Below are positions 23,811-36,289 of a stretch of DNA of 64,000 nt, piece by piece; positions within the stretch are counted from its first letter, which is position 1, and each line of letters starts with the position of its first letter. The stretch spans positions 9,044,965 through 9,108,964 of the forward strand of contig JASCQW010000119.1 in NCBI GenBank assembly GCA_030264375.1, given 5' to 3'. The DNA is from Carcharhinus longimanus (taxonomy: Eukaryota). The notes below the pieces were generated by a model. That model was not told where the DNA came from, made no database searches, and saw only the letters and a program-made list of their open reading frames with translations. The position numbers were made by a program, and so were the translations under genes.

Positions 23811-24529
23811 AGAGATAAAGAGCCTTTTCAGGCCAATTAAACAATAAGTTAACAAACAAAAAAGCTGGTTGATTGAAGAAACCAAACGATGTCCATCCAA
23901 ATTAAGTGCTGGAATAAATAAGATTCAACCACTTAACTGATGTTATGTTGTTCCTTAGTGGTGTTTTGCTCTTTTGTTTTCTATTGCCTTATACTGATAA
24001 AGACACAATATGGTGCTTCAATTTGTCCAATGAACGCATGCAAAACAACAAAATGTGATCCCTAGATGCAATTAAGTTCTGCAAATTTGTATGGTACAAT
24101 ATGGAACCCCCTCCGCCATCCGCCTGTTCGTAATTCACGGAAAAAACATACACAAAAAAGATTCACAGATCGACTTCTATTTGTCGTTTCCAGAAGGGAA
24201 TCACGTATAAGTTTACGATCAATAAACATTGAAAAACATTTGAACAATGTAAATTATTGCTGAAAAGGCGAGCATGGCCAATATTTCACAAAGAATTATC
24301 ATTAAGAAATTAACTCTTTGCAGCATGATCAGTACAATCTATCGTAGGAACAAATTATTCCCTTAAAAGTTCCTACTCTGCTACAGAACGCCAAATCACC
24401 TTTGTAGAATCGCAATAAAAATGTAATCGGCACAGAAACGGAGAACGTTGTTTTCTTTCTTTAGGATCTACGCCACCAGATGAATACCTTCATAAGTCAT
24501 TGAAATTGACATTCTGAAACTTGAAAACA

Positions 24530-24785
24530 ATAAACTTTCTATTGTGCAGAAGGGCACATTTGGTCCAGCAAGCCTGCACCAGCTCTCCAAACAAACTTCC
24601 CACCGAGCTGTTCCCCTTGAACATGCGCGGTTATGCCCAATACATTAAACTGCATATTTATGGACTGTGTGGGGAAATGGAAAATAGAGAAGGAACTCGT
24701 GCAGACAAGGCAATAATATGCAAATTGCCAACAGAGAATTGTCCACAGCGTCAAATGTGTGTCTGATGCTGCGGTGCTTCTGATT
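24530..24785 (-). mobile_element. HE1/V-SINE, decayed
   Basis: aactgcatatttatggactgtgtggggaaa...gcagacaagg...tgcaaattgccaacaga is the reverse complement of the V-SINE core. Confidence 0.65.
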
Positions 24786-26309
24786 CACTTTTTGAAAGTA
24801 TCTCAATATTCATATAATTGCTAAGTCTGTCTCAAGTATTGATTCAAAAACAATGACATCAACATACATTCATGAGATCTTGGCATCGCCAGCTCGGCCA
24901 GCGTTTACTTGCTGCCCTTTATTGCCATTACAACTATCCCTTGAGTTTCCTGATTGATGTTCTACGGCAATGACAGTGTGATAGGGAAGCAGTTCTCAAA
25001 TCTTAACCAAGCGCTGGCTAATTAACGGTAATTTAGTTCCATTTCAGGAGGTGATACTTTGTGGGTAAGTTTTAATATTTCCCACAGAGTAGGAAGTTAC
25101 CTAATACAGCATGTGCGGATTGTTAATTACATTCATTAACGTGCTGTCGTTCATGGATTTCCCTACACATCCATGACATATCAACTTGCTTCTTTTTTCT
25201 TCTTCTGTTCATTGTGTGCCCCCTACTTGCACGAACATTGGCTGAAGCCCTCAGCTTTTCTGCTGCATTAAAATGAATCAATTAAATTGAAGTTTGTTGA
25301 TCGGTCTAAATTTATCCTATTTTTGTGCACCAAACCTCTCACCACAAACCCCCACCCCGCTCCGCCCCTTCCTTCGCAACACAAAATCAGAATTGAATTC
25401 GTAAGCTTGACCATTTCGAAAATGTATTTTAATAACAGAGTCAATCAATGCTCCATCAAGCAGAATCTCGATGGAGGTAATGACTTAAATCCACATGACA
25501 CCAATTTAATATTCTGTAATCATTGCTGATGGGCTCAAAAAATAATTATTGTCTCCCATTGTCGATCAGTTATCCATGATAATTTTCCTCAATGTAACTG
25601 CACGCCTATCTGAACGCCGACTGCATCTTATATAGATTCCACCGCTTATGTTGGATATGTCAACACTTCCACTTTCCATTCAATGCTATCATAATAATGC
25701 TGCTGTCAGTTCGTCGGTGTGCAAATTGGTGTTTTCTTTAAGAAACCTGCATACATATAATCAACGTCACTACCCAGATCTAGTCTATAATTTGTGATAC
25801 CCCAAAAAACTCTAACGATAGTTTCCTGTAACAGGTTTTACTATTTTCTGTCTTTTTGAATATACATTTCCAAATGTCGGCCTTTTTTACTCTGACACAA
25901 TGTTACACTATAAGGCCAACTAGCCTTACTTGCTGGTTTATTAGTTTATCCTGCAAAACGGTGCAGCACAACAACTGAGCCCTGCAATACCATTCCATCT
26001 GTTCACGGAGCAATGTGAGGTTATCATCAAGACACAGCAATCAATACCATTACTCAGCAACGTTAAGGACGACTCTTCATTCCAACCAAGTTTATATTTC
26101 TATCTTGAGATCAGTCAACCGATTGATAAAGCACACTTTACAGATTTGTGTGTACCAATACAATATATGAATATCAATACAATTTTAGTTTACATTTTAC
26201 AAAATTAAATATGCAAACATAACAGCACTTATTTAATTTTCATCCTTGACTTTTTCCACTGAATACTTTTTTTTTACTACATTGGTGAATAACTGCTTCA
26301 TGTCCAACA

Positions 26310-26651
26310 TTTCCCTTCAGTTTTAATCCTGTCTTGATACCAATTCCAGACTCAGTCTGTTCTTGCAATGATAAATTAACTGTATTAAGGTCGAAACAGA
26401 TCAAGTTAAGGTCACACACTGCATGTGTGTAGTCAAGGTTAATTCAGAACGATTCTTGTAATTCAGTCTCCTTTCTTGTTCATTGGCCCTCGGTCCTCAT
26501 CTTCCAAACAATTCGACTGTTTTATTTGGTCTTTATTTGCACAATCAATTTCTTCCTGCTCTTTTCCAAAAGTACCACGGCAGGTTGTCTCCCCTTGCAT
26601 CCAGAAACGATTTTGACCATGGTTCCAATGATCACTTTGGGAGTTATGCTG
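26310..26651 (-). pseudogene. Decayed B7-like IgV exon
   Basis: Acceptor ttctcgcag|; PKVIIGTM...GC; WYFWK; QERRLNYKNRSEL (QxxxYKNRT motif); LIYHC; ESGIGIKTGLKL (G strand). Confidence 0.55.
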
Positions 26652-26911
26652 CTGCGAGAATCAATGCAATTCACTCAAGTACCAGCTGCATTAAGTGTTG
26701 GTTCATTCGTCATCCGCATCACTTAACACTGTGGAGGTTCATTGTGCCAGCGTTGTATTTTAGACTTTGGTAGCAGTTTGGCAAAGAGTCTGATCTCACG
26801 TAATTGTCCGATCCTTTGATACAGATGAGTGCAATACGTGCATCCTACAACATTGTTTTGCAGGTCGCACATGGCATTTAATTCATCAATATATTCATTC
26901 GTCTTATTTTA

Positions 26912-29900
26912 GGGAGCGATGTTCTAGTTGTATTATCGATCGACTATTAATCCAGAACCTCAGACAATGTTCTGGGAACACTGAATTGAAATCCACCACA
27001 ACAGGTGGTGAAATTTGCTTCAATACATAGTGTCGAGATTTAAGTGTCTACTGATGACAATGACACTATTGTCGACTGCCAGAAAAATCTATCGGGTTCA
27101 TGAATGTCTTTTTAAGAAAGGAAATCTACTGCCCTTACCTTATCTGACCTACATATGAATTCAGATCCACAACAGTGTGTCTGACTATCAACTGCCCTCT
27201 GAAATGGCCGAGCAAGCCCTTCAGCAGTATCAAGGAAACAGGAAAATGAAACCGGTTGGATCACTTGCCATTGACCTAGCTTCCAGAATCGACAGTGGCA
27301 AAATAAGTAGTGTCGAATTTGCATTGTCCACGTTATTAACATCTGTGGCTAATACCAAAATTGGGTGAACTATCTCACAAACTAGTAAAACAAGGTCCTG
27401 ACATGGACGTTCCATTGGAATATTACCTTACAAATGGCACCACAGACACCAGCATTGACTTCCCTGCACATGTCTTGTCCCACCATCAGGACAGACCCAG
27501 AAGATATAGCGGCACAGTTATATATATTCGGAATCCTGTGATTCATGAACAACGACTCCGGACCGGATCAAGCCTCGAGGCCTCAGGTTAAGCATGAGCA
27601 AGGAAACCCATTATTTAATACCACATACCGCCCCCATTTGGCTGATGAATCAGTGTTCCTCCATGTTTAACAACACTTTGCGGAAGCATTCAGGGTGGCA
27701 AACGTGCAAAATGCACTCTCGGTGGGGAATTTCATTGTCTCCACCAAGAGTGTCTCGGCAGCAGCATTTCTGATCGAGTTGGTCTGGTTCTAACGGGTAT
27801 AACTGCTAAACTGGGTTTCGGGCAGATGTTGAAGGAACCAACAGGAGGCAAACGCATACTTGAACGAATTATTACCAATCGCCTGGCTGCAGTTGCATCT
27901 CTCCATGGAACTGTCGGCAAGAGTGACCGCCACAGATTCGTCTTGGAGACGAAGTTTTGCCTTCTCTTTGTAAATAAAATCCATCTTGATGTTTGATGCA
28001 ATAACTGTGCTGAATGGGAGATGCTTCGATCTGATCTAGGGACTGAAGTGTGGACAGCTATGAGGCATTGTGAGCCATTAAGAGCAGCAGAACTGTACTC
28101 CAGCACAATCTGTAAACTAATTACCCACATATCCACCATTCAGTCATTACCATCAAACCAAGGGGTCAACACTGGTTCAATGAAATGTTCAGTTGGCATC
28201 CCAGGCACAAATACAGGCCTAGTTCAAAATAAGATGTCTACCCTGCTGAATTTATCAAACAGAACTTCTTGCGTGACAAACGGCAATACAGCATGTTATA
28301 AACAGATTTAGAAGATACCACAACTAACTGATCAGATCAATCGCTACAGACCTTCTATATTCAGTCATGAATGACCTAGGCAATTACAACAACATGTACT
28401 GGAGGAGGAGGCTCGCAAATGTCCCCGTCCTCAATTATGGAGTTTTCTAGCACATCTGTGCAAAAGGTAAGGCTGAATTATTTGCAGTAATCTTCAATCA
28501 GAAGTGCCGAGGGGATATCCCATCTCAGCCTCGTCCAGTGGTGCCCCGTATCTCAGCTGCCAGTCTCCAGCCGATTTGATTAACTGCACTTAATATCAAG
28601 AAATGGCTGGAGGCCCTGAATCCTGCAAAATCATGGACCCTGGTAACATTCCGGAAATACTGCTGAAGACTCGGGCTCCTGAAATTGGTGCTTTCTTCGC
28701 CAAACTCCTCCAGAAGACTTACAAAACTGGCACCTACCCAATAACGTGTAAAGTTTCACAGACAGGTCCTTCACATAAAAAGCAGGACAAATTCAACCTA
28801 GCCAATTACCACCCAATGGGTCTACTGTGAATCAGCGGTAAAGTGTTGAAGGGGGTCATCGAAAGTGTTATCAAACAACACGTGTTCAGTTATAAGCCGT
28901 TCAGTGGTGTCCAGTTTCCGATTCGCCAGTGCACTCATTTGCCTATCTTCTAACATTATTTCAAAACATGGACGAAAGAGTCGAATCCCAGAGTTGAGGT
29001 TAGAGTGTCAGACTTTAACATCAAGGCCCTATTCGACAGAGTGAAGTATTAAGGAGCCCTAGCAAAACTGGAATCACTGGGTATCGGTGGAAAGCCCCCC
29101 GCTGCTTGGCGTCATCCCTGGTTCATATGAAGATAGTTGTGGTGGTGACAGAACAGTCATCTAGCACCAGGACATCTCTCCAAGTGTTCCCCATTGTAGT
29201 GTCCTAGACCCAACAATCTTCAGCTCTTTCATCAATGACCTTCTGTCTGTCATAATCCCATGTGCAAATGTAACAAGTTCTGGCGAACGTGCATGTTTCG
29301 GCTGACAAGTGGCAATAGCATTCGCACAACACAAATGCCAGGCACTACCCATCAATAAGAGACTTTATAACCATCACACCGTGACATTCAATGGTCTGAC
29401 CATGAACGAATTCCAAACCTTGGAGTTACCCATTGACTAGAAACTCAACTAGGCTCACCACATTAAATACTGGCTACAAGAGCAGATCAGAGGCTAGGAT
29501 TACTGTGGCTAGTAACTCACCTTCCGATTCCAAAAGCCTATGCAACATCAATAAGTCATACATCAGGAGTGTGATGGAATATTTCCTACTTTCCAAGATG
29601 GGCGAATCTTCAGGAATACTCAAGAAGCATGACACCATCCACGACAAAGCACTCTGTTTGAGTTGCACGACAGCTACAATTATTCAGTCCTTACTCTATC
29701 CAATTTCCATAGCAACATAAGACACACTGTAGCATATCACTGCAGATCCTCAGACAGCACATTCCAAAGGAATGACCACTTCCATCTAGAATGATACGGA
29801 CAGCAGATGCATGGGAACAACACCACCTGAAATTTCATCGCCAAGCTACTCACCATCCTTACTTGGAAATATATTGCCTTTTCTTCACATTCGCTGGGTC

Positions 29901-30055
29901 AAAATCTTGGAATTATCTGCCAAACGCCACATGGGTCATGACACCGCACATAGACTGCAGTGATTCAAAAAGGCAGCGCACCACTACACAGGGCATGACT
30001 GATGGGCAATAAACAATGGCCAGCCACTGATGACATTCCTGGAAAGAATAAGAAA
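26912..30055 (+). mobile_element. CR1/L2-group LINE with a tRNA-derived SacSINE-like 5' head and Deu-type 3' tail
   Basis: Head with degenerate A/B boxes and gaaaggaaatctactgcccttacc; endonuclease VLSHHQDRPRRYSGTVIY; RT QDKFNLANYHPMGLL and VPHCSVLDPTIFSSFINDL; tail tcgctgggtcaaaatcttggaa...gatgggcaataaa. Confidence 0.88.
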
Positions 30056-30189
30056 TGTTTTCATTCGCACTGACAATAAGCTTTATTGACAGTCCTGCAA
30101 TTTATGTTGAGACAATTTGAACAGGTCAGAAACAGTACCCCTCTCCACCCCTGCTCAATTATTTTCTGTTCCCAACATTATCCATCAAA

Positions 30190-33100
30190 TGATTCTGACC
30201 CTCCACTTCCACTTGTTTTGCGTGACTGATAGAAAATTTTGGCTGTTGTATCTCACACAGTGTAAGCATTAGAATTTCAACTTGAAGATGTGCCAACTTG
30301 GAATGGTCATATTAGGAAGGATGTTGTTTAATTAGAACACCAATTTCAACAAGTATTTCGTGTATTACCATCCTAATACTTCCAAATTTATTCCTGATTA
30401 CTGGTTCATGTGAGATTAATAACTCTCAGGTTACTTCAATTTTTCACTGGAAGTGAATTCGTTAAGTTATCCCAATTTCAAACAACGTTTTCATTATCCG
30501 GTTGAACTTGAGGAATGCCAGATTCAGAGTTATCTGGATTTGGCTATTCGCTCTGTGTTGTATCCAATAAACGACCCTCCTTTTGCCCTACTTTCCTATC
30601 AAAATGCACCTTAAGATTATTCACACAACACCCTCTGAGGGTATTCCTTCATTCTGGCGTTCGTATCAAGTAATCCACCTCACGTAACTTACCTTCAATT
30701 TGACAACTCTCACTTAACATTGCTCTTAAAGATTAGGCTACCGTTGGAAGCAGAAGGAAGATTTTATCGCAACTACAAACTGTTTCCATTTTCATCACCT
30801 GCTTTGTCAAATTTAAATGCTGCTTAGCCAATTCACCTGCTCCATTTAACCTTTCTCTAAACTTTGACACATCATCCAATGATGTACTCTCAGAATGCTC
30901 ACTCACCACTTGTTCTTTAATCAATAAAGCTATCCCCTCACTTCATGACCAATAATCAAATCAAATGTGCCGAATTATGTAGACTCATTGTTTGCCTCTC
31001 TAATTGCAATGAGAATAAATGCAAATACTTTATTCAAATCCTCCGTATAACCTGCACTGAAGCCGCAACATGATATTTAAAGTTTGATGCCACCGTCGTA
31101 AGATTTGATGTGGTGCTTGATATTGCGCAGTTGATTGAACTCGTTTTATTCCTAAGCTATCCAACATGTCCTTGAATCACTCTGAAGGGTCGTTCGATCC
31201 ATGATCTGATTGCATGTCTGTGGTTAGTCCATTTCGAGGGAAAAAAAAACAATTCACTCTTCAACAATCATTTTAGCTGTAAAATTCTGGAATATAATGC
31301 CGTCTGCAGACTGAGTAGTCACACTTATTATCGTCAAAATATACTGATGGCAACTCCTTTTCTTAATGGGGAGGGATCCTGCGGGCTCAATAAAAATTCT
31401 TGTAAATCGTTCATCCAGTGCTGGAATGGATATTAAGGGTTTTGTCACCACTTGACATTTCCGTTTCGCTTGGCATGTGTGACAGTGCCGACAAAAAAAA
31501 ATCCTCCACATTTATGTAGTGCAAGCCAATACAGGTTACTGAATTTTAGCTTGACTTCACCTTCCTCCCAAATGGCCTCCTACTGGTACGTCATATATTA
31601 CTTGCAGCAACTCCTTTCTACACCGCCCATCAATACCGCGTGATGAACCTCTGTCTACTTTTCATCTACAGAACATGCAAATATCGCAATTTATTCATTA
31701 ACACACATTGTTTCGGTAATGCCATTCTCATGTAAACTCGGATTCCCTCTACCATGCATGCCATCTGATACAATTGCTTTCTGCTTTCATTCTCGTGTAA
31801 CTCTTCCAACTTTCCCGAACAAAGAAAATCCAGCTCATCCTCCACTTGTTCTTGTTTTTGCCCAAACACCAGAACAAAAATCGTTTCTGAAAATTGAACT
31901 TCAGCTTTCGGAAGTCCACGCTTCGATTTCTCAAACTATTCTCAAACGGTGACTTCGTGAACTTGATTCTACACAATCATGATATGGCACAGCTCTTCGA
32001 CAGCTCAGTTGTTTGATTCTCCACTGGCTTTTCAACCGCAGTGTGCACGACTCCAACCTTTGATCCAGCAACACTATTAGCCAAACTAAACTCCAGGACA
32101 AGGTGTTTTTAACCCCCCCCCCCCCCCCCCATCACTTCTGCTGCAGCTTCCCTACTATTCAGTGGTCTCGCCAGAATCACGAGTTATAACGGAACACGAT
32201 TATTCTCACAATGAATTCCACGTCAACAACTTGCGTGGAAATGTTATTTCCAAACTAAATAAATCATCAAACGTTACCAACAAATATTGTCCTTCTCCTG
32301 TATCACTAACACAATTGACTTCGTTACTTCTCTTGGCACACATGGTTGAAATGTACCCGCCAAGAAAATTATTTAAAAAGATCTGGCACCGTCTGATCAA
32401 TCAACACCCGAAGAGGCAATACGTACATTTGCATCTCTATCGCTTCAATTAGTCATTTGATCACCACCTTAACCACTAGTTGTGTGCTAATCCTGTTTTT
32501 CTTTTCCATGTCAATCACCTCAGTACTTTCCTTACTCCACCTATACTCCAAATTTACACGCCCTTCTATATAGAGAAAACTTGATGTTTTTCGTTTATCT
32601 TCACCCGCCTGCGTTTCATTTTCAACCGGAGATACACCATTTTTTCTTATATCCTACAAGACCGTCTTTACCGTTTTCACATGAGTATTGCTGTTTCCGA
32701 GTTTCTATCGCACACCGGGTGAAACTAATGTCGGAAGCAAACAAAAAAAATCTGATTGCTGAAATAATTCATAACCGGCAAACATTTTTGCTGCCAAACT
32801 CGCAGTTTTAATCCTGTGTTCTTCCAAATGAGTTTCCAATATATCAGGAAGCGAATGTTAATACTCCGACAAAATAATCATTTTTGTTTCTAAGAATTTG
32901 TCTCGTCCCGTCTATTTTCAAAACCCCTACTCACCTACAAAAGTTACTCGGTTTGATGATTTCAGATTCTAAGTATCTTTGACCAGTTAATTTCCGTGGA
33001 TTTCTGAATTGTTGCCTGCAGTCTGCTGGCACTTGTTCACATTTGATTTGATATTTTTCAAACCAAACCACACTTCCCAAATATATCTTTTATGACTAAT

Positions 33101-33700
33101 GCAAACACTTCCCTAGCTGTACATTTTTTTTCAATCAGTAATATTCACACGTCTTGTGTCCATTTCATTTGTTTAGCCACTTGCTTAAATGAAATGAGAT
33201 ATTCTTCCACATCCTTTTCATCAAACATCAGCAATGCTTGGATATATTAATATATACCCCCACCAAGTCTTTGTATACAAAGCGCCTGCTCTTTCTCTCT
33301 GTCCGCATCACTATACTAAAGCTTCATTTTCCCTTTAACTCTACCAATTTTAACTGACGTGCAAATAAATTGCCAGTTTCTGATTGTCACGTCTTCTTTC
33401 GTTTTCTGTTTAAATTGGCAAGAATTCATGCGGTCAGGTTGTTTGTGCTTCCTTTTCAAGAGTGTCCTTTGCTTTTTCTGCTGTGATTGTCTCACTGTTT
33501 TAAGCTTTCATTTCACATTCAAGCAGTTGTAGTTATTTTTTCATGCTTAAGCAGTTTCATCTGTACTCGAGTGCTCGCCGCTTCCAACGATTGTGTATCT
33601 GTTTCCAACAATTTTAAATGATCTGTCATCGCCACAATCATCTCACCTTTCCCCACCACTCTCTAGTAATGTCGACAACAATGTTTATCGTTCCAATTCA
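30190..33700 (-). mobile_element. Gypsy LTR retrotransposon remnant, Gmr1-type domain order (gag-PR-IN)
   Basis: Integrase CRHCHTCQ...PLISIPALDERFTRIFIEPAGSLP...QYILTI and LDDVSKFRERL...ELAKQHL. Gag/protease-like sequence lies directly upstream (about 32000-33650), leaving no room for RT/RH before IN. Confidence 0.8.
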
Positions 33701-33845
33701 AATCCTCTGTTTTAGTCTTAATATGTGTGTTCCTTGCCTGACCTCTTCCAACCCTGGAAACGACTGAGCCTCTGAAAAAGGCGTTTTTTTTTTCTCGGCA
33801 AGGCCAAATAAGGAGACTCATTAAAACCAAAGTAAAACAAAAATG

Positions 33846-34041
33846 NNNNNNNNNNNNNNNNNNNNNNNNNNNNNNNNNNNNNNNNNNNNNNNNNNNNNNN
33901 NNNNNNNNNNNNNNNNNNNNNNNNNNNNNNNNNNNNNNNNNNNNNNNNNNNNNNNNNNNNNNNNNNNNNNNNNNNNNNNNNNNNNNNNNNNNNNNNNNNN
34001 NNNNNNNNNNNNNNNNNNNNNNNNNNNNNNNNNNNNNNNNN
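33846..34041. other. Assembly gap (others at 2211-2310, 18460-18559, 43075-43173, 53808-53907, plus several short N runs)
   Basis: Runs of N. Confidence 0.99.
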
Positions 34042-34339
34042 GACCCCCCCCCCGCAAACGTATTGCTTCAGGTTAGAACATCCATTTTTTTTTCTCTGAA
34101 GGCCGCCTGAATCATAGGTTTTGCATCTTGCATTTGGCCATGGTAAGCATAGGATGTTTCACTTCAGTTGTGATTCAAATGGCCCAGTTAACTTGTGTAG
34201 TAAGAAAGTTAGCAAAAACTTTCATCATGAAGCAAAACAACCTCTATGACATATAACCATTAATGAGTGACATGAATTGCTTAGAATTAAAGCCGAAACC
34301 CACAGACAACACAAACACCATCCATCATGTTCAACACAG

Positions 34340-34575
34340 CACGGATTAATGCTCATTTGTAATTGAGAACGAGGCCGTTATTTGATTTCTACAATCGAAT
34401 GCTCTTGAAACTCAGAACCACCGGCTGACAAGACGATTTTCGTAGCATCCGACAGAGTTATGATCCAGAGTCAGCAACAGATTTTGTGCTCCAAGTAGGC
34501 GGTCAGCTAAACTGCAGTATTTCCCCAAACCAGCAAGAGATCGAGAAGACGTTGTTTTCAATGTCATGTCCGCTC
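34340..34575 (+). pseudogene. Decayed NKp30(NCR3)-like V exon, copy A
   Basis: LMLIC...DRVM-SNRF...RSAKL-SISP...RD...FQCHV, compared with NKp30 GRLAPLASSRFLHDHQAELHIRDVRGHDASIYVCRV. Confidence 0.4.
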
Positions 34576-35439
34576 CCTTCGGAAAGGAATCTCAACCGTC
34601 CAACTCAGGTCTGAAAATGAATAAAAGGTCCTCTTGTCGGCTGACATATCAGCCACTTTGTTTGTCTCCTTGTAATGTAGAGAAACAATGAAAACCCAAA
34701 TTAAAGACATAAAAAGGCCACTCCATTCACAATGGAAGGAGAACTGGTAGCCACGCCAGCAACAATCACATCACCAAAGTGGTGATCTGTGAAGCCGCTG
34801 AAGCAGTACTCTGCATGACGTTTTTTTTTTACCACTTGTGATTGAAACACGTTTTAAAACAAAATTATTTCATAACTGCAGGAGAGACCAAGGTCAGGAT
34901 GATACAGAAGGCCATAGCAAATAATAAGCGACATCTCAGTCTAAACATTACTGTCTTTAAACAGAACTTCTCAAATGTTGTGCTAAAGGCTGTAGAGTGT
35001 GGCACATATTGCCACAAGTAGGTTGGGTGGACTGTTGTCGGACAGACACTCGTTTACAATATCTGCTGGCGGTCTCAGTGCTTTCATCAGATCTTTTAAA
35101 AAAAGGTGACATTATGGGACGTCAGCAGTGCATTTGCTGACGGATGACAAATGCAGAAGAAGGATTCGTATGAAATCTGGCTGTGTGCTCTTGAATGTCT
35201 TTTGTCTATCGGTTGATAGTACAATTGCAGATTCAGCTTAACAAAGCCCCAGTGGTGCTAGTATTTGAATACTTCTGTGGTGGTTTGAACTCCTCTGTTG
35301 CATGTTTTTGCAGTGTGCTGCAAAGATTTTTTTTTGCATCAAGCGTATTCTTTGGAGTGCATCCTCTCTGCAATAAAGAAGAACTAGGTGCCTCAGGAGG
35401 GTCAGTAGACAGAAACATTTTTGTTTTCTTTACTGAAGC

Positions 35440-35730
35440 ATTTTGGCTTAAGCCAATTATTTCCAGCCTTCATTCTCCTTGACACTGGTTCAATAGTCGT
35501 TTTACTCTCTAATAATTTCAAGTAACTGCAGGACACCTTGTCTTTGTGCGTTGTGATACTCTTCCCTGACAAATAGTGGCAGTTTTTAAATGATGGAAAC
35601 GGACAGGAGTTACAAAATAGTTGTTGATACCATGATATTTCCGTAATGAACGCACCCTTCCAGAACAAACTATTCCAGTATTCCAACAGACATTTATGAT
35701 CAGAACATTTGAAGCAACTTGATGTGATAA
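35440..35730 (-). pseudogene. Decayed Ig light-chain/TCR-like V exon
   Basis: IKLLQMF*S*MSVG-NTGIVCSG-ISWYQQ (35621-35638)...DKVSCS...TIEPV-KENEG. Confidence 0.55.
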
Positions 35731-35894
35731 TTTAAAGACTCAGGTTTAAAAATAACATTACCAACACACGCAAATACAATAGTGCTGGTTGTTATTGATT
35801 GAAACAGGTCACACATTATTTTTATTCACAACAAAGATGCTACGCTCGTGAAAAAAAAAGTTCGGCAGACAGTGGCATTAATCATTTACAGAAT

Positions 35895-36059
35895 GAAACT
35901 CAGAACAGTCTGCTGACAAGACAGTTTTCGATGCATCCGAGAGAGTTATGATCCAGACTCAGCAACAGATTTTGTGCTCCAGTTAGGCGGTCAGCTAAAC
36001 TGCAGTATTTCCCAACACTAGCGAGAGATTGAACATACTCTGTTTTCAATGACATGTCC
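35895..36059 (+). repeat. Direct repeat of 34407-34571 (copy B of the NKp30-like segment)
   Basis: Long shared runs such as agagttatgatccaga.tcagcaacagattttgtgctcca..taggcggtcagctaaactgcagtatttccc. Confidence 0.92.
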
Positions 36060-36289
36060 ACTCTTTCAGTGTCATGTCCACTCTTACTGTTTTTACAGAA
36101 TCATTGGTGTGCATCCTGTCTCTATACGATGCAAATCAATGACTCATATAACTGAAAATAACCCATCTGTTTCACTAATGCCCTTGAGGAAATCAAATCA
36201 GCCATCCTTATCCGGTCCAGCGGAGATTTTACTCCAGAGCCAAGGCACTTTGTGACTCACAAAGTCACCATAGTGAGTGCTGGTTGCCT

